The notes beneath the pieces are model-generated. The model did no database searches, was not told the DNA's origin, and saw nothing but the letters and a program-made list of their open reading frames with translations. This document shows, piece after piece, positions 38,927 to 52,667 of a stretch of 64,000 bases of DNA. Source of the stretch: Octopus vulgaris (lineage: Eukaryota); the NCBI GenBank assembly GCA_951406725.2, contig OX597819.1, forward strand, positions 33,852,001 through 33,916,000, in the 5' to 3' direction. The translations under genes were made by a program, and so were the position numbers. Position 1 is the first letter of the stretch, and the number at the start of each line of letters is the position of its first letter.

Positions 38927-40025
38927 CACAGGAGTGGCTATAGGCACAGGAGTGGTTAGTAGCTTGCTTACCAACCACATGGTTCCAGGTTCAGTCCCAC
39001 TGCGTGGCACCTTGCCTTGAGCAAATGTCTTCTACTATAGCCTCGCACCAACCAAAGCCTTGTGAGTGGATTTGGTAGATGGAAACTGAAAAGGCCCGTC
39101 ACATATACATATATATATATATATATGTGTGTGTATGTGTGTATGTGTGTGTATGTGTGTATGTGTGTGTATGTGTGTATGTGTGTGTGTATGCTTGTGG
39201 TATCTGTGTTTGTCCCATCAACATCACTTGACAACCGATGCTGGTGTGTTTACGTCCCCGTAACTTAGTGGTTTGGCAAAAAAGAACGATAGAATAAGTA
39301 CTGGGCTTACAAAAGAATAAGTCCTGGGGTCGATTTGCTTGATTAAAGTTAGTGCTCCTGCATGGTCGCAGTCGAATGACTGAAAAGAATAAAAGAATAC
39401 TGGCACTGGTTGTCAAGCAGCGGTGAGAGACAAACACACACACACATACGCAAAGGGCTTCTTTCAGTTTCTGTCTACCAAATCCACTCACATGGATTTG
39501 GTCAACACAAGGCTGTAGTAGAAGACACTTGCCCAAGGTGCCATGCCATGGGACGGAATCTGGAACCATGTGGCTGGGAAAAAAACTACTTACCACACAG
39601 CCACACACTTTTTAAAGCTTATTCTCTGCAGGAGTGGCTGTTTGGTAAGTAGCTTGCTAACCAACCACATGGTTCCGGGTTCAGTCCCACTGCGTGGCAT
39701 CTTGGGCAAGTGTCTTCTGCTATAGCCCCGGGCCGACCAAAGCCTTGTGAGTGGATTTGGTAGACAGAAACTGAAAGAAGCCTGTCGTATATATATGTAT
39801 ATATATATATGTGTGTGTCTGTGTCTGTGTTTGTCCCCCTAGCATTGCTTGACAACCGATGCTGGTATGCTTACATCCCCGTCACTTAGCGGTTCGGCAA
39901 AAGAGACTGATAGAATAAGTACTGGGCTTACAAAGAATAAGTCCCGGGGTCGATTTGCTCGACTAAAGGCGGTGCTCCAGCATGGCCGCAGCCAAATGAC
40001 TGAAACAAATAAAAGAGTAAAAGAG
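38927..40025. mobile_element. Cluster of three SINE family A copies (+38927-39395, -39400-39605, +39628-40025)
   Basis: Full tRNA-like head caggagtggctgtgtggtaag...gggttcagtccc, CORE-like ccttgggcaagtg, central microsatellite and tail gactgaaacaagtaaaagag. Confidence 0.85.
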
Positions 40026-40543
40026 TATACATATAGTGTGTGTGTCCATGTGTCCGTGTGTGTTTGTGCATGGTGTGATACACATGCACGTGTCTATATG
40101 CCAAGGAATTTTATAGAAAGCCTATAATGTTGCTTTCCCTGACAAGAAATCATTGACTGATTTGAGTGAACATACTAACAACCATCGGTACTTGATAAAT
40201 GGATAGATACGCAGACAGACAGATACATAAGCAGATAGGGAGCGAAAAAGATGGTGAGATATAAAAGAATAAAAACAAGAGAGACAGAGAGAGAATATTG
40301 CAGTTTTTTGCTGCTACTTTTAAAATGGGAAAATATTTCATTTCACTGCTTCTAAAAGTTTACAATACACATAACGCACTCATAATTCACATATCTAACA
40401 AGTATGAACTAAGAATTCATTTAACACCATACTGTATGTGTGTAAATATGTGTGTGTGTGTGTGTGCAGGTGTATATGTATGTATGCGTAGCATTAAGAG
40501 ACACAGAAAAATAGAAGTTGGATGTACATTTCTGAGTGTGTGT

Positions 40544-40580
<37 letters not shown>

Positions 40581-40914
40581 GATATATATAGCTATGTATA
40601 TATATGTGTGTGTGTATAAATATATAGATATATGAGTGTATATGTATATATATTCATATATGTGTGTCTATGTATATTTGTGTGTATGTATACATATACA
40701 TATATATATATACATATATATATACATATATATATTCATATATATACATATATATATACATATATATATTCATATATATATATATACATATATATATACT
40801 AACAAAAGGGAGGAGGAGAATTTTGATTATCCCCATATATGTTTGTATACGTATAAATACTCGTGAGTGTGTGTGTGTGTGTGTGCGCGCATGCGTGTGT
40901 GTGTGCATGTGTGA

Positions 40915-40949
<35 letters not shown>

Positions 40950-41399
40950 TTAAGTAACAGACTGTGTGTATACTCATATATCCAATATCTTCAAAGATGA
41001 GGGAAAAAAAGTGCATTAAAAATAAGTGTGATGTACGGCAAGTAAATTAACATAATTGCAACAGAAATGTAAATAGGAAATCACAAGTATAGTAAAAACC
41101 CAAAACATCATCATCATCATCATCATCAACGACGACAACAACAACAACTATGTCATCTTCATCATCAACAACAACTGTGTCATCTTCATCAGTAGCATCA
41201 ACCACAGAAGAGAAGGAATAATTTGTGAGGAGTAATTAACCTCTTTCAGTCTGCAGTATCTTCCCATTCCATGACTTCTCATAGCTTAAAATTAATTAGA
41301 CTGCCTCACCTGCTGTATTTGACATGAAATATGTCAGTAATAAAGGTAAATGAAATGGTGAGAACATGTAATACCTCAGTACTTGTAATATGATACGAA

Positions 41400-41585
41400 T
41401 GCTGGACAAAATTTTTACTGGCATTGCATCCGTCATTACATTCTGAGTTCAAATTCTGTCAAGGTCAGTTTTGCCGTTCATCCTTCCTGGGTCGATAAAA
41501 TAAGTACCAGTTGAATGCTGGGGCTGATACAATTGGCTTAACCCCTTCCCCAAAACTGCTGGCCTTGTGCCAAAATTTGAAACCA
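41400..41585 (+). mobile_element. SINE family B copy
   Basis: ttctgagttcaaattc...ttcatccttcctgggtcgataaaataagtaccag. Further copies lie at 42685-42900(-), 44178-44392(-), 58275-58395(+) and 61375-61760(+, two). Confidence 0.75.
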
Positions 41586-42899
41586 AAGTATATATATATT
41601 TGTAATACCTGCAATATCTGTAATACAGTAACACTGGCAATAACTGTAATATTTGCAATATTTACAGTAAGAGCTAAATATGAATTTTTGCTATACATCA
41701 TCCTTTTTAATTTTTCTTTCCAAATTCACATCATTGGCCAATTTTAGTTATTCATTTTTTTTTTATCCTTAATTATATCAATTATACAGGTCAGAATTTA
41801 TTTGTAGCTCTTTTTCTCTATGTAAAAAGAAAAGAAAATCGAGTGATTAAGCAATCTAGAAGACTATGCTAATGAGGTCTAATAAACTGAAATATGTCCA
41901 TAATTATCCTCCCTTGCCTGCTAACAAAGATCAGACTGTCCTCCTAAACATGTAAATTAGCTTTGAGAGATTAATTCTTAATTTCTTGAAATTATCTTCT
42001 CTTTGAGAGTAACTAACAATTACTGGTAGGGTTCTGCTTTTGGTTTTCTTTCTCCAACTAAGAAGAAAATTGCGATTAATTCAGAATCATTTGCTTCCAG
42101 AATCATTCAGTAATTCACCTTCTTAATTAATGTATGTCACTTTTGACCTCTTATAACATTGTGTGTTTGTGTATTTCTTCTAAATTGAATATATCTGCAT
42201 TTAAGTTCTAATCTTTATGACAGTATTTTATTCAATTGTAGTTCGAAGTTCTTCAACCACAGTGTTCCAGCAGATTTACTGGTGCTCTGCCACAACTCTC
42301 AATTTCTCCATCTCCTTTTCTTGACCAGTCCTAGGTAATTAAGCTGTGATTATATTTGACAGGCCCTGACCTTGTGATACCAAGTAGAGATTGAAATTTA
42401 TAAGGAATGAATTCATAATTTATAAGGCCTACACACATGCCAGTGACTCTGAGTTATATGAAAATCAAAAGAGACAGCATTAGACATGAAATTGCGGTTC
42501 ATTATACTGGTTCACAGTAATCTACAAACCACCTCAAAGTTCTGATGAATGTTTAAGCCCTGACAAAGTGGAAAGACATTTTTCAATTCTTCAATAAGTG
42601 AGCTTTGACAACATGTTATAAAATGTTTTATGAATGTGTATAACGTCATAAGAAACCACCCAGAATAATTATAACAATAATACTAATCCTTTCTACCATA
42701 GGCACAAGGCCTGAAATTAGGCGGGAGAGGGCTGGTTGATTACATTGACTCCAGGGCTCAACTGGCACTTATTTCATTGACTCCAAAACGATGAAAGGCA
42801 AAGTCACCCATGGCAGAATTTGAACTCAGAACATAAAGACAGACAAAATACCACTAAGCATTCTACCCAGCATGCTAAAGATTCCATCAGCTTGCAGCC

Positions 42900-42977
<78 letters not shown>

Positions 42978-44492
42978 TAGTGATTTCACATTTTGCCACA
43001 AGGGCAGCCATTTTAAGGGAGGGGATGCGTCAATTACATCAACCCCAGTATTCAACTGAAAGGAATTTGAACTTGGCACTATAGTAAAAGACACTAGTCA
43101 AACATGTAATGCAGTGAAAATGATCCTAGGGGTATGTGCTTCGGAAGTAAATTTCTTATGACCCAACCACACCCAGCATCTATAAGCTACATCTGTGCCT
43201 ATTACATAACTGCTTTCTAAAACTGGAACTATATTGCTCAATAGTACCTTAGGCATTGATTGTTCTGCGTATTTTTTCTTGAACTTATGCATTCAAAGAT
43301 TTTTTCTCCTCCCCCCTATATACATACACACTCAAGAATAAAATCTTAAAGATCTTAGGTGAGAACATTTGGCTGCAAGTCAACTAAAGGATTTTTGACT
43401 TGCATGATACTGATGATAATGGTGATGTTGTGTAATATTGTTGAAGATAATCACAATGTCAACAACAACAATATTGATGTTGCAAAGATCATATAATCTA
43501 TTGGGGTCTGAGTAGTTATTCTGTATTTTATATGTATTCGTTTGATGAAAATGTTACCAAAGTTTAATCTAAATACATATTGGAAAGATACACAAAGCTA
43601 AAATATTCAAAGTAGCTTGACATTGAAAATGCTTTCTCTGAACTTCTATCTTGTTTGAACAGATTTTGGTACAACATAAATACAACACTTTTACTTTAGT
43701 AGTTTAACAAACTTGATTTTGTTTGATCCAGATAACAATGATGATGTTGGGAGTGATGATGACGACGATGAACATGGTGATGAGGGGGGAGGATGAGGGG
43801 GGACACAAACAAGAAGCACAATGCTCCATCTTGATATTGCATGTGGAATATGTAGACTCAAGATCTCAGTACACAATTATTGACTCAAAATTTTCATTAT
43901 TCTCAGTATTTCAGTTTAACATTGACAAGCAGATAATCAGGTTCTATGAATTCTTGTTTTGTTTGTTTTTTTTTTGTTTTGTTTTGTTTTGTTTATTTCA
44001 CCAAAAAAGAAACCAGAGAACAAAAACAGGTAACAACTAGTCATTGCTAATAAGATGGTAAAGTATCGTGATATAAAATTTCAGATAAGTCACTGAAAGA
44101 AGTTGCACCAACCAATACCATTGAAAATTTGGATAGAAGACCAATACAAGAAAGTTAAATTTACTGACAATATATTCGTTTCAAATTTTGGCACAGAACC
44201 AACAATTTTGGCAGGGAGTGGGGGTTGTGCCAATTATTTTAAGTCCAAGTTGCTCAACTTATTCTATCAACTCCTGAAAGGATGAAAGGCAAAGTCAACC
44301 TCAGCGGAATTTAAACTCAGAATATAAAGATGGACAAAATACTGCTATGCATTTTGCCCATCATGCTAATGATTCTGCTAGCTCCCTGCCTCATTTTACG
44401 GACAATATTTTGGCATTTGAAATATTTGGGAGTGTTGGATGGTATTTACACAACAGCCAGTGGTAAAACAGAGAGAGGTCATACACTGGTAG

Positions 44493-44647
44493 CACTAGCA
44501 TAGCTAGAGGGGGTGAAAGGGGAGGTCCACCCTTTCACCCCCTCAACACTTTTGGGTCTGCTGTAGACAATATGTATTCTTTTTGGTGACCAGGGTCAGC
44601 AAACTGAAGGGCCACCCCAGGAAATACACACTCTAGCTACGCTAGTG
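44493..44647. mobile_element. hAT-like MITE
   Basis: TIRs cactagcatagctagag / ctctagctacgctagtg, 8-bp TSD actggtag/actgctag, and an internal hairpin gagggggtgaaaggg...ccctttcaccccctc. Confidence 0.8.
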
Positions 44648-44921
44648 ACTGCTAGTACTATCTAGGAGGTACATACAGATGTAGATCAAAGACTGTACCA
44701 AATGGGAAGAACATGCATGACAGTACCAAGAAGTAAGTACACTGCCAGTACCAGGTGGTAGGTACACATGCTGGTTGTACATAGTCAATATCAAATGATG
44801 AGAATGTACTAGGGTGGTACATAGACTGTACCAAGTGAGAGGCACATACAAGGGTGGTATACTGCTAGTACCAAATGGTGACAATGTACAGGGGCAATAC
44901 TCAGATTGTACCAGATAGTAG

Positions 44922-44954
<33 letters not shown>

Positions 44955-45331
44955 AGGTACACAAACAATAGCAGATAGTATTTGAAGATATATTGAAATC
45001 AGCAATGCAAAGTAACACAAGTGTCTTCTGACTGTATACAACATTGAAATTTACCTTCTTTAAGACACTAACTTATTCTTTCAGAGCTGAATTTCTCTGC
45101 CTTCAACCTACAGGTATTGAGAACTTTTGCTCCAATTTGAGCATCCATAAACACACAAATATTAAATGCCAGCATTCATATATCTTTTATCTTTTACTTG
45201 TTTCTTTTACTTGTACATATGTAAGTACATGTGTATGTATGTATGTATGTATGTATGTATGTATGTATGTATGTATGTATGTATGTATGTATGTATGTAT
45301 GTATGTATGTATGTATGCATGTATGTATGTA

Positions 45332-45382
<51 letters not shown>

Positions 45383-45785
45383 ATGTATGTATGTATGTAT
45401 GTATGTTATCTTTTACTTCTTTCATTTGGACTGCTGCTACAGAGCATTGCCTTGAAGAAATTAGTTCAACAAATCATCCCCAATACTTATGTCTTTTCGT
45501 AAAGCTTGGTATTTATTCTATCGGTTTCATTTGGCGAGCTGCTAAGTTAAGGAGACATAAACAAACTAACAAGAGTTGTGTTTGGGGACACACAAACACA
45601 AAAACTTTTAATATACATACACACACAAGCACACACATACATACACACACATACACATATATATATATACAGTTTCCATCGACCAAAATCGCTCACAAAG
45701 CATTAGTCAACCTGAGGCCATAGTAGAAGATACTTGTCCGAGATGCTGTCCAGTGGCACTGAACCCAAAACCACATGGTTATTAA

Positions 45786-46005
45786 CCCTTTCATTACCAA
45801 CCAGGCTGAAACCGCCTCTGGCTCTGAGTACAAATGTCTTATTTTCCTAAGTTTTGAATTAAAATTTATCACCAAACCTTAGTTACAATTTATGTTCCTA
45901 ACACTAGCTTAATGATAACTAAGTTATTTTACTAAATTCTTTGTTATATTTCAAGTAATTGAAAGAAACACAGAGCATCTCAAAATAAATGCAGTAACGA
46001 AAGGG
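45786..46005. mobile_element. piggyBac-like MITE nested in a SINE A head
   Basis: TTAA|ccctttcattac ... gtaacgaaaggg|TTAA, with SINE A sequence continuing on both sides. Confidence 0.85.
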
Positions 46006-46094
46006 TTAAGCAAGATTTTTAACCACACAGCCATGCCTGCTAGAAACTCACACAATGTAATTTCAATATTTGTAACCAGTAATATAAAGATTAA

Positions 46095-46448
46095 TGTAAT
46101 AGCCGCTATTTCCAAAACAGTATATCATTTTATGTGTTGCGTTGTATATTCAATACGATTCTGACAAACAAGTAATCTCTCAGACATTGTATTCAACAAT
46201 TACAACACTGAGAATTGTTATTCCGTGTTATCTCTGCTACATTACAATCACAGCTATTTCTGATATTTTGTAGCACACATTCGACTAACTCTCACACTTA
46301 GGACTTATTATATAGTGAGAGCAAGAATAATGTCGATTCCATTTCAAGCAACTTCGTTCCTCACTGTCAATCGCTCAATTTTCCCTCCTCTATCTTTCTC
46401 TCTCAGTCTCTCTCACTTCGTACAAGTGATTAAAAAAATTGCCTTACA
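46095..46448. mobile_element. Possible solo LTR
   Basis: Inverted termini TGTAAtagc...gccTTACA, CpG-richer interior and a TATA-like tatata. No matching TSD was seen. Confidence 0.3.
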
Positions 46449-46727
46449 ATGAGATGGTTTTTGTATTGGGTAAATTGTTTGTAAACATTTCTTCAAATCT
46501 GTCCAAAGTTTAGTGAGTGAAATTTGGTAGTCAGAAACCATGTGGTGGACTGTCTCATAGATCATCTGTGTGTGTGTGTGTGGGGGGTAGTCTTAATATC
46601 TAGAGTGACTTCCCCTTTCGACATCATAAGGGCGATAAAATATGAGTCAAATGAATAACAGTAGTCAATATCATCGACTGAGTTAAGGCAGCAAGCAAAA
46701 TCCTTAGTATGCCAGGCAAAATACTTA

Positions 46728-46895
46728 GCTACACTCACGGAGTGGTTGGCATTAGAAAGGGCATCCAGCCATAGAAACTCTGCCAGATCAGACTGGGCCT
46801 GATGCAGCCTCCTGGCTTCCCAGACCCCAGTTAAACCGTCCAACCCATGCTAGCATGGAAAGCGGACGGTAAATGATGATGATGATGATGATGAT
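46728..46895 (+). mobile_element. RTE 3' tail fragment
   Basis: ccaacccatgctagcatggaaagcggacggtaaatgatgatgat; a near-identical copy lies at 56715-56912. Confidence 0.8.
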
Positions 46896-46906
46896 ATATA
46901 TATATA

Positions 46907-46942
<36 letters not shown>

Positions 46943-46947
<5 letters not shown>

Positions 46948-47728
46948 TTGTTTTGCAAGATTTTTGATGTGAAATCGTGTGTTGAAACAGATATTGTTGT
47001 ATTTAGGAATGGCCATTTTGCCAGTTTAGCCAATAAAAACACATGCACTATATATTTGGTGTTAATTTGCTTCAGCTTTATTTATTTTTTACATTAATCT
47101 TAATCTAATTTCGGCCAGAGTTCTTTCATCACACTCCTGTGACCGCATCAGTGGTTCTTTGCTTTCTTCTTTCTTATTTGTGTGTCTCTCCTTACCAACA
47201 GTCAGCCATTTTGTATTTTGTATTTCTATTGTATGTCTTCATTTTCACATGCATATATCTCTATGTGCGAATATGTTTAGTAAGTGTGTGTGTGGGGGGA
47301 AATGCCTGTAATATTTGTATCTCCTGTTTATATACGTTCGTGTAATTTATTTTTGTTTTTGTTTATTTTTATTTTGTTCATGTGTTTACACCCATTTATT
47401 ATTATTATTATTATTATAATTATTATAATTATTATTATTATCATTATTATTATTATGTATGTATGTATAATAATAATAATAGTAATAATAATAAAAACGA
47501 AAATGTATATAGTTATTTACTTCTATTTGTTTATTTATCTGTGTATTTTATTTTATTATGTTTTAATTATGATGCGGTCACAGGAGTGTGACGAAAGAAC
47601 TCTGGCCGAAATAAGATTAAGATTAATGTAAAAAATAAATAAAACTGAAGCAAATTAACACCAAGTATATAGGGCGCGTGTTTTTACTGGCTAAACTGGC
47701 AAAATGACCATTCCTAAATACAACAATA
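46943..47728 (-). mobile_element. Inverted-repeat PLE-like insertion in (TA)n
   Basis: ~46992-47149 and ~47569-47728 are reverse complements, with an unpaired tail at 46943-46991. A hammerhead-like CTGATGCggtca...tggccGAAA lies on the - strand at 47109-47151. Confidence 0.65.
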
Positions 47729-47739
47729 TATATATATGC

Positions 47740-47774
<35 letters not shown>

Positions 47775-47811
47775 TATATATATGTATATATATATAGATA
47801 TATATATATAT

Positions 47812-48077
47812 AAAATTAATTAAGGGTAGAAATTGATATTAGTCAATTAAAACCAGTGGTCTAGCATATTAAAAAGAATCCGAAGATTAAAATATTTTTA
47901 CATACAAATTAAGGACTGAACACGAAAAGTGGACAGTCAACATGCTAGATATAGACATCAAATCACTAGATATAGATGTCAAATCACCATTCTCCACAAA
48001 CATACTCTTTGTGGAGAATGGCGATTTGACGTCTATATCTAGCATGTTGACTGTCCACTTTTCGTGTTCAGTCCTTA

Positions 48078-48082
<5 letters not shown>
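47812..48082 (-). mobile_element. Palindrome plus tail insertion in (TA)n
   Basis: Arms ~47906-48000 and ~48008-48081, with a short internal duplication in the left arm. The tail 47812-47905 ends in ACCCTTA on the - strand. Confidence 0.75.
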
Positions 48083-48140
<58 letters not shown>

Positions 48141-48877
48141 GAGAGAGAGAGAGAGAGAAAGGGTGATTGACAAAAGTAGGAGTGGTAAAATTGCAGTGCA
48201 ATGCAAGTAGAAGTAAAGTCACTTCATGTTGCAGACTTTTCATATCTAGCAAGTGAGGCCATCTGCATCAACTGATAGTGAACAGCGCCTGACGTGAATG
48301 CATGTCAACCTTCTCTTCTCTGATCCCTCTCGTCTGTCAGTCGCCTGTCACACTGTGCATTCATTCACACCTCTGACTGCATGTCTATCTCTTATTCATT
48401 CCCCTCTTTTACCGCTGCTTATCTGTTTGTTTATATGCTAAGTTAGCTGAATCAAAGCTTGACTGATAAGCAATCGAAAATTCTCAGAAGAGTCTACAGA
48501 GTTGTCAATATTGCCAAGTGCAATAATCAGCATGAAACTGACAGTAGTATTCTGACCAGTTCTATAATCATTTCATCATGTGAAACCATTAAACCTGATA
48601 CACTTTTTCTCTCTTTTTCCCTTTTTTCCTTCTTGTCCTTTTCTGTTGAAGTGTTTAGGCTCAAAATGTCAAAGACCTTTCCATTCTTCCTGAGCATCAA
48701 ACTAATACTCTTGTTTATTGTTCTATCACCTGTCTTTGTCTTTTGTTTCCAGTACATTTGAATCATAATTATATATAAAAAAAATAAACTTACTTGGAAA
48801 TGGATGTGTGGTGTTCAATTAAATAATAATATAATTAATATATATATATATATACATGCATATATGTATACATATTC

Positions 48878-48923
<46 letters not shown>

Positions 48924-49177
48924 CTAATGTAGGATAAAATTTTTTTGGGGAAAAAAATTTCATCAATGGCCAGCATATCAAAAAATACCTTTAAAGTTTA
49001 AATTTATAAATAATTTATAATATAAGGGCAAAAGAAAAATTCCAATGCCAAATATGCCAAAAAAAAGACAAAAATTGTCAATTAACCATTATAATTTATG
49101 CGTCTCGAAACAAACCGATAGAAATTGTGTGTGTATGTATATATATATATACATAGATACATACATTCATGCATACA

Positions 49178-49213
<36 letters not shown>

Positions 49214-49220
49214 TGTATGT

Positions 49221-49428
49221 GACTGCATGTGTACCGTTGGCAATTTTTTTGCCTCTGTCTTCCCTTCCTTGGATCTTTCCCTTTCCTATGTTTCTGACAA
49301 AGAGCTCCACTCGAAGCATTAAATCCTCCTTCTTTCTTTCCTTTCCTGAGCGTCCAATAACACTATACTTGTTCCACGTCCTTGCGTTGTTGCGTTTTCT
49401 CTTTGTGTTTTCATGTTTGGATTAACTA
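49221..49428 (+). mobile_element. PLE-like pLTR fragment with decayed hammerhead
   Basis: gttt-CTGACAA-a-gagc(tcc)actc-GAAGCATT-aaat at 49290-49324 reverts to CTGACGA/gctc/GAAACGTT with four transitions. It is flanked by (TA)-rich repeats. Confidence 0.55.
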
Positions 49429-49441
49429 TATATATATATAT

Positions 49442-49797
49442 ATACAAGTAATAAGAGAGGGACCACATGTGGTCACTCTAACGCTAGAAATAGATCCGCA
49501 AAGGGAATCCACCACTAAAGAATTGTTCTCAAGCATTAATCCATTTTTTCGTTATTTTTCATTTGTCCTGCCCGCTTACATTCTTGGCATGTTGAATTAA
49601 TGCTTGAGAACAATTCTTTAGTGGTGGATTCCCTTTGCAGATCTATTTCTAGCGTTAGAGTGACCACATGTGGTCCCTCTCTTATTACTTGTATTAATAA
49701 TTTTTGCTGTTTCACAGTTTTTTTCACTAGGCCACTTGGTGTTTTAAATTGATGTTATTAATTAATATTCAATTTTTTTCACCCTTATTGTGACTTC

Positions 49798-49800
<3 letters not shown>
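49442..49800 (+). mobile_element. Palindrome plus tail insertion in (TA)n
   Basis: Arms 49442-49540 and 49596-49694 are near-perfect reverse complements. The tail 49695-49800 contains ACCCTTA at 49781-49787. Confidence 0.8.
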
Positions 49801-49860
<60 letters not shown>

Positions 49861-51578
49861 TACACATGCATATAAGGGTACAGGACGTCATCAAACAGTG
49901 AACAATATGAAATACAAAAGCAAATGAGTTCAATATGCAGACAATGATAGAAACAAGTGGAAAACAGGACAAGTAACATAAATAATGACCCTTCATCAGT
50001 TGTCAGCTGTTGTCAGTTGTTGGTTTATATTCATAGATGTACACATAGACACATGCACATTAGGGACAAACACACACATACTGACATATATACACAAACA
50101 TCATCATCATTTAACGACTGTTTTTCATGCTGGCATGGGTTGGATGGTTTGACAGGAGCTGGCAAAACTTACATGTACATATTGCCTACACTGTATATAT
50201 GTGTGTGTGTATGTGTATGTGCGTGTGTGTGAGTGTGTGTGTGTGAGTATGTGTGAGCATGTGTACTTCTTTGCATGTATCTATGTATATATATATATAT
50301 GCGGGTGTGTGTATATAGTGGCTGTGTGGTAAGTAGCTTGCTTACCAGCCACAAGGTTCCGGGTTCATTCCCACTGCTTGGCACCTTGAGTAAGTGTCTT
50401 CTACTATAGCCTCGGGCCGACCAAAGCCTTGTGAGTGGATTTGGTAGACGGAAACTGGTCCCACCGTCTGGTTTGGCTTAGTTTTTACAGCAGGATGCTC
50501 TTCCTAATGCAAATCACTTTACAGAGTGTACTGGGTGCTTTTTACATAGCACCAGCACCTGTGCTTTTTGTGTGACAAGAGCAACAGTGTTTTCTTGCAT
50601 GGTACCATCACCAGTACCTTTTACATGGAACTATTATCAGTGCATTTTGGGTGCTAGGATATGAAATGTGGGTGGAGTGAGAATGTCGATGGGGCAGAGC
50701 CCCTCAAGGACAAACATTACCAAGCTGGTTTAAGGACACATGCACACAAACACACACACACGTGTGTGTATGTACAATGAAACCATATCTACATACACAG
50801 ATACACACACTTACATCCACACTTCTCTTAATATTGAATAATTTCATTAAAAAATTATATTCTGACAAAAAAATTATTAATTAGTAAAAGCATATTCAAA
50901 GTTTATAAAGTTCATTAATCATTTTACATCCACCTCAACCCCAATATACACAGGCACAGAAACAAATGTATATATATAAATATATATATACATATATATA
51001 CAAACATCAATACAGATACGAACACATACACCAACGCACATGCACACAAGCACTTACATATACATATGTAAACAGATGCAAATGCACATACACACATGCA
51101 CACATATGCAGATACACTGGCAACTGATGAGTATTCATGGGATCAAATACAAACACAATCAGTTTTGTTTATAAAAGTCACATCATATGTGTTTTAGCTT
51201 TCAATTGTTGGACTGGACTGAAAATAGGATATATTGACACATTCACAGAATGGCTTCCTTCCTTTTAACAAAACGAAGAATATTTAAATGTTCATCGTGA
51301 TACTGAAGAAATATAATTGCAATTTGCATATTCATGAATGATTTTATAAATGGCAAAATAGAATGTAACCGATAAGAATCTTGTTGCCGTTTCTCTATTG
51401 CAATGGTTTAAAACTGTAACAGCTTTGGAGAGATTTTGTATGGGCAAACAAACTACTTTCACTGCTTTGTTAAGTACAACAAACACCAATGTACTTTTTC
51501 CTTCAAATGTTTTCATAACTTCAACTCTATTTCAATGATGTGTATGTTTGTGTGTGTGTGTGTGTGTATTCCTCATAT

Positions 51579-51620
<42 letters not shown>

Positions 51621-52057
51621 CATATATATATATATTTATGAAGTATATATATATATATACACATATATATATATATATATATATCTACATATTTATACAT
51701 GTATATATATATATATATACATATACATACATACACACAAACACACATGAAACACACACATGTAAATGTATCTTAAAGCCATAAGTGTGTGTGTGTGTTT
51801 GTATATATATATGAAGCCAATATCGTACTGCTTCTTCATGTATGACGGTGCTTTTTGAGTGTTTTATGTACATATACGTGTGTATATACATATATTCATG
51901 TACACCTGTGTGCAAGGGTGTAAACTCATATACACACAAATGTAATACACACTATAGCTTCAAGTGTATCAATTACCCATACGCAACCACGTGTGAGTGT
52001 GTGTATGTAAGCTGCTCCTGAAAATGCCACTGTATGTGTGTATGTATGTATGCGTGT

Positions 52058-52095
<38 letters not shown>

Positions 52096-52621
52096 CCGTG
52101 CATGCATGTATGCATGCAAACACGTGTGCGAGATTCTGGTAATGAATGCAAATATATCTATTTTGTCTTAGAATATTTCTGACAGTTATCAATGAATAAA
52201 CTTTGAATAAACTGTGAAGAAATACAATCCAACCCAACTGAAATCTGATATGAAATAACTCTCCCCACCTCACCTTGCTTCCATTATTCGAAACCCCTCT
52301 CATCTCCTTCCCTGCTGAAAGGTACTCTGTTTGGCTATTCTCAAATTTCCCTCCAATAAAACGTAGTGGTCATTATCTGGAAATTAGGGTTGGTGGAGGA
52401 TGACTGAGTGTAGTAGGCATTCATGGTTATTGTTGGATTTTAAAAGACAATATTGATTTTGAGGATGGGTTGGAGAAGGTCCGGCAGGTCACGGTGTTAT
52501 CTTAAACACAGCCTGAATTCTACCAGTTTTAAGACAGCACACACAACTACTCATGTGTAAATATATACATATAAAACATTGTATTATATGTGTGTGTGTG
52601 TGTGTGTGTGTGTATCATATG

Positions 52622-52667
<46 letters not shown>

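Noticed and set aside
49985-50005. CTGATGA box on the - strand as a hammerhead
   Set aside because: No GAAA box or closing stem is present in this truncated copy.
46943-50010. CRISPR-like repeat/spacer organisation
   Set aside because: The separators are variable-length (TA)n, the inserts range from ~140 to 800 bp, there are no cas genes, and the context is eukaryotic.
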